A stretch of 64,000 nt of DNA from Oikopleura dioica (Eukaryota > Animalia > Chordata). The number at the start of each line of letters is the position of its first letter. Position 1 is the stretch's first letter. The stretch covers positions 6,200,001-6,264,000 of the forward strand of contig OU015567.1 of assembly GCA_907165135.1 (NCBI GenBank), written 5' to 3'. The position numbers and the translations under genes were made by a program. The notes under the pieces were generated by a model that did no database searches, had not been told where the DNA came from, and worked only from the letters and a program-made list of their open reading frames with translations. Below, in pieces: positions 1 to 9,013 of this stretch.

Positions 1-1212
1 TTTTACGATGCTTTTTTCCGATGTCTCTTTAAAATGAAAGTTTCAGTTTTTCGTACCTAATTTAGCTTTGACTTGAGTAGCAATTTTTTTGAGCAATTTG
101 AGTGTAAATTTGTGGAATAATTCGGGAGAAAGGGCGTCGGCATGAGATTCAAAAACTTGCAGAACTTGAGCTCCGGCGCGGGCTTGTCCGACGAGAAAGT
201 CGATGCAGACATTCGTCAGTGCGTCCAGCAGCTTTTCGCTGGCCTCTGGGAATTGATACAGCCACTTTTTCGCCTTGAAAGAGCTTGAAAGCTATTCTCT
301 GTTTCTGAACTTACCTTTGAGTATGTTTTGGAGCCGCCACCTTCGACCATGTAAGCCATGAGCGTCCAAGGGGCTCCGACAAAGCCAAACAGTGGCTGTT
401 TACCGCCAATGGTTTTGCGCGTCAGTGTGATTGCATCGTAAACGTATTGAAGAACTTTGTTAACGTCAGGTGATAGGTTAATTTTGTCTAAATCTTCGGG
501 CGCGTCCAGCGGCGAAGTAAAAGTTGGCCCTTTTCCGGGAACCATAACGCATTCCATTTCCATTGCCTAAAATTTCAAACTGAAGCATCCTTCCGTATTA
601 AAAACTTGACTTCGTTCCGTACATAAAAGATAGCTGTCTCTATTTAAGACTACAAATACGTAGAAGCGTTCTGATCTCCCCAAAAGTTACATAAACGAGC
701 CTTGTGAGACACATCTATCGACATTTATTTATGAAGATATTCACAAATGGAGACTTAAAGGTGTTCTCTAAGAAATACTTCAATTTGCTCAACTATCGTG
801 AGATATCTCATAATTATGAAAATGTAAGATAATTACACAGATACAAAATAATAAATAGATAAGTATAAATAGATAGAATGTTATCATTTCCCACCGAGAC
901 GTCTAACTAATAGTAATGCTGTGTTACCATTTTCGTATTTTTAAATGCGCGTACCTGTGGAATCACCATAATATCAGAGAAGATGATCGACGCATCAAGA
1001 TCAAATCTTCTCAGTGGCTGCATGGTAACTTCACAGGCATGCTCCGGATTTCGGCAAATTTCGAAGAACTCGTGTTTCTTTCTGTACTCCCTGAACTCAC
1101 TCAGGTATCGTCCTGCTTGTCTCATGATCCAAATCGGAGTCCGATCGACTTCCTCTCCTCGGCACAGTCGCAACACACGGTCATTTGTCAGCTCAGGAAA
1201 ATCACTGCTCAT
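1..1212 (-). CDS. UROD: Uroporphyrinogen decarboxylase, 3' end runs off the window
   Basis: ATG at 1212 preceded by TTCAGA. Exons 1212-955, 566-315, 273-57 and 26-<1 are joined by GT-AG introns of 388, 41 and 30 nt. Motifs [26 protein letters not shown] and [21 protein letters not shown]. Confidence 0.96.
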
Positions 1213-1757
1213 TCTGAACAAATCCGGGTTTGGAAATATAAATTTCCCAGAAAACAAACTGTTGTAAAACTGCATGGGTTCTGAGCCTCAAATTTATGAT
1301 TATTATGAGGCTTATCTTCTGAGAGACAAAAGCGGATAATCCGAAAATGAACGCAAATTCCAACATTTTTTACTACACGAATAAATGTGAATAATTGGAA
1401 GATAATCTGAACAGGGATGCTGATTTTTTTCGCTAGGGCGCGCGTCGCTTTTAAGCGGGCGCAAAAGTCTTTCGCCCGAGCGCAAATTTTGTTTCGGCTG
1501 GCGCTCTCCCGGACGATTTGAAAACTGCGCCAGGGATTATCGCGCCGATAAATTTTTGCGACGCCTGCGCGGGTGGACGCCGCCGCGGCGATATGATTTT
1601 TCGCTGATGATTCAGCTTTTTCCCTTTCAGTTCATTCTTGAAAATTCAACCCACATAGAGTCAAAAGAGCCTTCTAAGATGTGAAATAGGCCATCAATGA
1701 TTTCAGGCGAAAGTGATAATTTCAAAAAAATTTTTGCGGGTCCGGAAATCATAAAAA

Positions 1758-2308
1758 ATCTGAAAGTGTAGTTTTCTTCAGCTCGTCGAGACGAGTCGAA
1801 TGATGGGTCAAACTATTGATGACTCCAAGGATTAACCGGTTAGCTGGCAATTTCCCGGAAAATACATTTCCCGTCGCCGTTTTTGTTCTAGAAATGCTAG
1901 AATGACAAAAAAAGCGGGAAACTGGTCCTTGAAGTTAGTTCTTGTGTGGGTGAAAAAATGAGAATCATATCTCCAACCATAAGATGCTTATCACCAAAAT
2001 TCTATTTTCTTATGAAAATGGGACCGAAAATTAGGAAAGTGCAGCAACAACGAAACACATGCAAAATTTAGAATTTTTATCGTTCAAAAAAGTTTCGCTA
2101 TATATTTGACCAATATCTTTTTGCCCACAGTAGAACTGACCATAAGGATCAGTTTCCGGGTTAGGGTTAGGGTTTCTAGAACAAAAACGGCGACCGGAAA
2201 CGTATTTTCCGGTAACCAGACGGTTAACCGGTCAATCCTTGGAGTTATCAAGAGTTTGACCCACCATTCGACTCGTCTCAACAAGCTGAAGAAAACTGCA
2301 CTTTCAGA
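1758..2308. repeat. ~135-bp imperfect inverted repeat pair inside the hAT element, with (TTAGGG)2 at the inner edge of the right arm
   Basis: The 1758-1893 arm (tctgaaagtgtagttttcttcagc...gccgtttttgttctagaa) is the reverse complement of ~2169-2308 (ttctagaacaaaaacggcg...gctgaagaaaactgcactttcaga). gggttagggttagggtt at ~2153-2169. Confidence 0.85.
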
Positions 2309-2815
2309 ATTAGTTGTCCTGTGATGTCCTTTGAATCGGTCATTAGGTCGGTCATTAGGTATATTCGGTCCATAAATAGAGTTTCCTCATACTGCAGCCG
2401 CGGAGCGGACATTAGTTTTTTGATGAGCCAGAAAATATGCTTGACTTTGGTACCGGGTACCAATTTGGTTCCGGCACCGTCCGTCTCACGGAGGTTTTGG
2501 GAAGAGTTTCATCAGTTTTTCCCTTTTTCTCACTTCTCACAATGACTGTTTTCCCTCAGTTTCAATCAGAAACAATTCCAAAAATAGAACGGACCGAAAA
2601 TGAATCACAAGAAACAGCAATATGGGAAACCATCAATTCAACCAAGTTGGGGATTAGCGCTTGTGAGGACTCGGCGCATCCATCGTTTCCTCAATGTGTA
2701 GGCCTCGGACGTAAAACTAGCGATTTAACTTTACCACTTAAAATCTATCCTATCCTGCTAATTTTGATTTCATAATTAATTTCTTTAAATTGAATTATGA
2801 TTATATTTTCAATTT

Positions 2816-2931
2816 GATCGCCGTCTGCCCAAGATCGCCGTTTGCCCAAGTCTCCGTCTGCCCAAGTTGGGCAAACGGCGATCTTGGGCAGACGGCGACT
2901 TGGGCAAACGGCGACTTGGGCAAACGGAGAC
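2816..2931. repeat. Palindromic minisatellite: 3 forward + 4 inverted 16-17 bp units
   Basis: Units g(a)tcgccgt(c/t)tgcccaa at 2816, 2833 and 2850; inverted units ttgggca(a/g)acggcga(t)c at 2867, 2884, 2900 and 2916. Confidence 0.92.
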
Positions 2932-3549
2932 CACTCCGCCCAGACGCAAAAATCTTGCGCCCCGCCGTTGAAGCAGCGCAAAAATCCATAGTCTGCTCCG
3001 CAGCGCCACTCAGAGCTAGCGCAGATTTTTTTCGATTGCGGCGAGTCCAGGCGCAAGGGTTTTTAGTCCGCTTGATGATTCACTAAAGCGACGCGCGTCA
3101 AAACGAAAAAAATCAGCATCCCTGAATCTGAAGAGTATGCCTTATAAAATCAAATTATCTCACCTACTGTGTAAAATCGTTTCATTTCTCATAATTGTTT
3201 TATTTTCGGATTATCCTACTTTTTACAGGTATTTCTTGATGGAACTCAAACTAAAGAAACGGCTTAAACTGATCATAAAGCTCAGGTTCAGTAGCCACGT
3301 GATATACTTTCTCTTGAAACCAGATGATAATGGCCTACCTAATTCATAAAAAATAAATATTGCTCATCCGTCATCAGTCATTTTTGTTTTAAATTTCTTT
3401 ATTAAAGAATAGAACTAGACCTGACACCTTCAGTTAGCACATGTCTGCATAATACTATTATGCATTGTAACAGTAACACTTTTTTGTAAATTAAATAAGA
3501 CAGTAACTGGCGTGGGAATAAAGTAAAGAGCAAGCACAAGTATGAATTT

Positions 3550-6035
3550 TTAGCTTTGGCATTTTTTCAAGAAAATCTCTTCGACAACTTCTGGCTCCGC
3601 GAGGGTTGATATGTCGCCAAGTTCAGGGGCAATTTGCGCGAAATCTTTCGCCTCAGAGGACGCCAGTTTTCGCAATATCCTTCGCATGATCTTTCCAGAG
3701 CGCGTCTTTGGCAAACCACTGACGATGATTGTATCTAAAGAGGAGTCGTTGAGAAATGATCGAGAAAAGGTGAGTGTACCTTTGGGAACGGCAAATTTCG
3801 CGATGACTTTTGCCACGTGCTTGTTCGCGAGCAATTTATGCTCAGAGTTCTCCTCGACTCCCTCTTTGAGAATGACGAATGCATAAGGAACCTCTCCCTT
3901 GGTCGCTTCCGGAATGCCAATAACAGCGGCCTCCGAGATAAAGTCCAATTGAGTCTGAAAATTTTTTCTTACTAAAAAGCAATACTTAGCACATACCAAG
4001 CAGTCCTCAATCTCCGCCGTTCCCAATCGATGACCAGAAACGTTGATAACATCGTCCATTCTGCCTGTGATCGTGTACTCTCCATCTTGATCTCTGTGCG
4101 CTCCGTCGCCAGTAGTGTAGACATCGTCGAAAACATTGAGGTAAACGTTTCGGAATCGCTCGTGATCGCCGTGAATCGTTCGAGCAATGCCAGGCCAGGG
4201 CTTCGCGATGCACAAGGCTCCGTCAACTGAGTTGCCTTGCACGGTGTTTCCGTCCGCGTTTTTGAGAACGGGCTCGATTCCGTAGAAAGGGCGCTGGGCT
4301 GAGCCTGGTTTGAAGGAAGCTCCAGCGTCGCAAGGGCTTAAATATACTTCTTGCTTCAATCTAATCACAACTTACACAGGAGTAATCATATTCCCTCCAG
4401 TCTCCGTCTGCCACCAGGTATCGGCAATCGGAACTTTCGAGCTTCCAACCTTGTGATGCAACCATTCCCAAGCTTCAGTATTAATCGGTTCGCCAACACT
4501 GCCGATTCGTTTTAGCGAACTTCGATCATATTTTTCGATGAATTCATCGCCGTGCCGCAAAAGTGATCTGTACGCAGTTGGAGCACCATAAAACTAACAT
4601 TATTAGTTATATTACTATTAAAATCAAATTTCAAAGAAAATAGGTCAATCAAATTTGCACATCAGAGTAAATAATTCTCAAATATTTGATCTTGACACTC
4701 CTAGGGTAGGTGTTATTTACTGTACCTGCGTGAGTTTATGTTTGTCTACAGTAGCCCAGTAACGCCCGGGATCCGGGTAAGAAGGAATGGACTCAAACAA
4801 CAAACTCGTCGCTCCGTTTGCAAGTGGCCCGTAAACTGTGTAAGTATGGCCAGTAATCCAGCCAATATCAGCGACGCATCCAAATCGATCACCAGGTTCA
4901 CAGTCAAAAACAGCAGAGGTTGTTACAGCCGCGTAGAGAAGATAGCCCGCTTGCGAGTGAACCAAACCCTTTGGTTTACCAGTCGAGCCAGAAGTGTAGA
5001 GCAAGAACAGTGGATCTTCCGCGTTCATCGGCTCGCTCAGGCAGTTTTCCGGTGCAGCCGCCAATGCTAGGTCCAAATCGACGTCCTTTTCTGTCGTTAA
5101 TTTCTTGGCCTCTGCATTTCGAGTTCCCACAAGCACAGTTTCCACCAAATCCAAGTTTTCGATCGCCTCGTCGACGACCGATTTGAGGTTGATATATCTC
5201 CCTCCTCTGTAAGTTCCATCCGCGCATATGACAACTCGGCAATCGGCATCAATTATTCTTTGCCTGAGAGCATCGGCAGAGAAGCCGGCGAAAACGACGG
5301 AATGAATCGCGCCAATTTTCGCACACGCAAGCATCGCCGCGACTCCAAGAGGACTGACGGGGTAATAAATCGCCACCCGGTCGCCCTTCTTCACTCCCTT
5401 CGATTTCAAGACGTTGGCAAATCTGTTGACCAAGGAATGAAGTTGGGCGTATGTGACGATTTCCTCATTTCCGGGCTCATCTTTTTCGTAAATTAGAGCC
5501 GCTTGGTCGCCACGATCGGCCAAATGCCGCGTCACACAGTTGTCAAATACATTTAACTGGCCGTCCGCGAACCAGGAAATGCGTCCTAAAGAATGAATTC
5601 ACTCAGACATAAGTAGCAAGATTCTACTTTTGGCTTTGATTGAAATATTGTGAGATAAATGAAATGAGTTTGGGATGAGAGGAAAATTAGATAAAAGATA
5701 TTTTCAACTTTTTACAGTGCCAAAATTCAACCTGGATCAAATAATAAATTAATAAAATGTCCCGAAGTAATATAGAAAATCTTTGATGTGCATCTGCTAA
5801 AATTTATGCCACATAAAACTTCATAAAAGTTGGAGTACTCACCATCTTTGAAAGAAGAATCAGAAACTTCGGTAAAGTCCTTCTCCCAAAGCAGCCTCGA
5901 TCTAGCAAGTTTTTCCCAAAACTCATCATTTTTCTCGATTGAATACTTGTAAATCTCACTGTATCCACCGAGCTCCTTGAATTCGGCAAGATTTCGTTTT
6001 GTCCTTCTCAGAAGTTGTTGCAGCCGCCCTCTCAT
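3550..6035 (-). CDS. ACSS1: Acetyl-CoA synthetase, probably mitochondrial (Arg-rich N-terminal leader)
   Basis: Exons 6035-5843, 5585-4726, 4593-4376, 4336-3997, 3954-3780 and 3734-3550, all GT-AG. Motifs [42 protein letters not shown] and [16 protein letters not shown]1 versus ACSS2 is inferred from the leader [14 protein letters not shown]. Confidence 0.93.
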
Positions 6036-6087
6036 GATTGAAAATATTAATTATAATTTCTCAATCAGCTTTGTTTGTCCTTTTGAT

Positions 6088-6294
6088 TTACAAAAGGAAG
6101 TAAAGCCCTTCTTTTCTCTTTCTCAATGAACTTCTTTGAAGAAATTCGTCACGCCCTCTGGCGTAGAAGTGGAATACCCAAACAGTGTGCTGTAGATACC
6201 CTTCGTTGAAAATCCACCTCAGCAAAAAAGAAAGTTTACGAGCGTTTTCGCACGAAAAAAGAAGTAGGACAATGGCGCCATAGACAAAGTTCAT
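6088..6294 (-). CDS. Possible small uncharacterised ORF between the CCDC50-like gene and ACSS1
   Basis: 68-aa ATG ORF that fills the gap in a same-strand gene run and ends 53 nt before the ACSS1 ATG. No family recognised. Confidence 0.2.
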   Translation of the reverse strand: MNFVYGAIVLLLFSCENARKLSFLLRWIFNEGYLQHTVWVFHFYARGRDEFLQRSSLRKRKEGLYFLL

Positions 6295-6556
6295 TCAAGC
6301 CGAACATGAAATCAAGGAAGATTAAAGACAAGGAAAAGAAAAGTCTCTAGAATAGGCACGACAATTTATTGGAATGTGAAAGGAGAGCGATAGAAAGAGA
6401 TCGATAAATTTCATTGATTTCATTGGGAAAGAACTTTGTTAGAGGACAACAGTTGTTAAAGAATTTTATGTTAAATGAACTTGTTACAATATTTTCGAAT
6501 CTGAACTGGAATGATAAAGATTTGCTTTGAAAAATGAGCGAGTTTCTTCTTCTTTT

Positions 6557-8680
6557 CTACATAAGGGAACAGTCACTAGATTGCTTTTTCTTCGGTTTCC
6601 GGCTTGGTGCCTTTCCATAGAGCATTTGATGGACATCTGGTTGCGGGTTCTGGCCTCGTTGGGGGTTCCCAGGTTGGCGGGCTTGCTTGGTATTCTGCGC
6701 TTTTGGAGGAAGGGGATGAGCTCGACGAGATTTTGCCTGAGCTTGAGACATTTGCTGACGAGCACGCTGCTCTCGACGAACGTCTTTTTGATGCTTCTTG
6801 TGCCTGCGAAAGAAAATTAATGAACAAAAGGTTGCTTATTTTATTAATTAAACATTTCACAAAAAATCAAACAATCAACGACGCAATAGTTTCAGCAAAA
6901 ACGGATGCAACTTCTAACAAAAATCGGCAAGGCTTTCTGATTCATTTTTCGAAGATATTTTCTAAGTGAGAGGAAAAATTCTACGTGGTCATTATCTAAC
7001 GGTCTTCAAATATTTGTTCAAGTGGACACTCCTTTCGATCCTCCGGTCATATTACCTTTGAGCTTCGCGCTCGGCGAGTTGAACAGCTGGTGTCTTTTGG
7101 TAGACACCTGGTTTGATTCTCACAGTCATTCCTGGACCATCGGCGCAAACTGATTCCGAATCAAGTATAGAATCCAAGCTTTTTACCCTAAAATTATTCT
7201 AAAAAACGAATAAACGCTAAAAGAGCTACCTTCTCATAGGAGATCTTTCTTTTGGATTGTAAAACTCTCCGAAAGACTCTGTCGACTGTCCCCCATCACT
7301 ATCTCTTCTTCTATTTGCCGCTTCTACAGGAAAATAAGCAACAGCAGCTTCTGGTCTCGATTGATACTGTGCAGGAGCTTTGTATTCTCTTCTTGGGCTT
7401 CTGAACTCTTTCGAAATATTTTCAGCTTTTCGACCACCATTTACATTTTGCGGTCTTTTCTGATCTTTTCTTCGATCTCTCTCAGATCGTTCTTTCGAGT
7501 TCTTGGGCAAATGTTTGGACCTCGGTGGCTTAGAATGATTACTGTAACTCTTCCCTTGCTGCCTCGGTTGTTTTTCATGACTTATATTTCTCGGCGCGAT
7601 ATACTGTCCTTCTGTACTGTTGTAATTGCCCCTGTCAATTTCAATCTGCTGAATCGCCAGTAGATCCTCTTCATCCACCCTCCTGCTATTTCTGTTTTCA
7701 TATTTCTGGTTGTACTTATTGAAATCTTGCTCCATGATCACTTTTGCCAGGTGTCGATCTTTCGCTTCCGATTCTTTCAATTTCTTGAGCTTGATTTTTT
7801 CTGCTTCAGAAAGTTTGTAAGCCATTTCTTCATCCTGCCCGTGCGGGCCATTTTTTCGTCGATTTTTCATTCTTTGCTCTTCTTCTAGCGCAATTTTTCG
7901 AGCGTATTCAGCGTCACTAACCTAGGCTCGGCAACCAGTGTAGAAAAACTGAGTCAGGCTACTTCTTCTGACACTTGGCTTTTATTGAAGCTCTTTCAGT
8001 AGCCGTACTCAGGTTTTCTACATAGCTTGCCGAGCCCAGTCCCTGGCCGTCATTTTAGCAAGCTCTTCCGCCGCCTTGAATTGCTCCATTTCCTCTTTTT
8101 GAATTCTTTCTGCAGCTTCTCGATCTCGCTTTGCGATTCTTTCTTTTTCTTTCATCTCCCGCTCGCGCCTCGCGAATTCTTTCTGTTCTTCTTCGTAGAG
8201 TTCTTTGGCCACTTCTTCGCCGTCTCGTTCGTTTTGCTTGAGCTTGACAAATCTGTTCACTTCTTGATCTTGGATTTGGTTGGCGATTTTGAAGTCTTTC
8301 TCCGCAATTTCTTTCTTGACGTAAGCAGGAATATAGCCCATTTTCAGCGCTCGATCTTCCTCCTGCGACTAAAATTTCGGATTCAGGAAAAAAGGCTATT
8401 GAAAGAATGAATTACTTGAACTCGTTTTGCAAGTTGAATATCGTGAGCAACGATTCTTCGCTCGTTTTCGTTGAATTGCTGGACATCGACATATTCTGAA
8501 GTTGAATGAAAATTTGCTACTACAATCAAGAAGATATAATTATGAGGAATATTCCTCATAAAAGACTGTACCTTGCTCCTGAAGCCTGTACGCCAGTTCG
8601 GCATCCTCCCCAACTCTAAAAATGCCGGCGGCCTCTTCAACATTTTTCGGGATGTTCGCGGGCGTTCCGCTGCGCTCCAT
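6557..8680 (-). CDS. CCDC50: CCDC50/Ymer-like coiled-coil protein with repeated MIU-like motifs, ending in CSLM
   Basis: ATG at 8680 after TTTTAG. EDAELAYRLQEQE and RRIVAHDIQLAKRVQ match the CCDC50 N-terminus. Repeats DREAAERIQKEE, DAEYARKIALEEE and DEEMAYKLSEAE. Phase-consistent exons lead to TAG at 6559-6557. Confidence 0.75.
7922..8039. mobile_element. 118-bp MITE interrupting CCDC50-like coding sequence (intron-forming)
   Basis: 41-bp ungapped TIRs, 34/41 identical (ctaggctcggcaa... / ctgggctcggcaa...). Degenerate 8-bp flanks tcactaac / tccctggc. The TIR start is shared with the element at 51991-52603. Confidence 0.88.
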
Positions 8681-9013
8681 TCCAAATTCGCTAAAATCTC
8701 TGATCTTCGATTATTCTTTCCGCTGATTTTCTCGATTTTCCGCGATTTTTCCTTTTTCTCGATCTCTTTTTTTTCACTTTTTCGCGAGGGCGCCCGATGA
8801 TTCACCTTTTTCACAATTTATTGAAATAATAAAAAAGCCCTTGACTGACCTTTTTAGCTTTTTTGAATTATGCTTTTCAGATTTTTTCTGACAAATTCGA
8901 CTTCGCGTAGGCAAAGAGAAGAATTTAATCGATTTGGGAAGGAAAAAACTGGAAAAGTAAATTTCGTGGAAGAAAATTTCAAATAATGATTGGCAAATTG
9001 GAATAAGAAGAAA
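8681..9013. promoter_or_regulatory. Candidate bidirectional promoter between the CCDC50-like gene (-) and MLH1 (+)
   Basis: 333-bp gap between divergent ATGs. Function is inferred from position only. Confidence 0.55.

Larger units (their letters stand above)
1412..3124. mobile_element. Non-autonomous hAT-type DNA transposon (1713 bp, composite interior)
   Basis: Perfect 21-bp TIR CAGGGATGCTGATTTTTTTCG (1412-1432 / 3104-3124) and perfect 8-bp TSD AATCTGAA (1404-1411 / 3125-3132). No transposase ORF. Confidence 0.93.

Noticed and set aside
2816-2931. Repeat array as CRISPR
   Set aside because: No unique spacers, the units are inverted, there are no cas genes, and the context is eukaryotic.
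8027-8410. Long antisense ORFs (this one, plus 6604-6969, 19315-19569, 28715-29050 and others)
   Set aside because: They are shadows of recognisable genes on the opposite strand.
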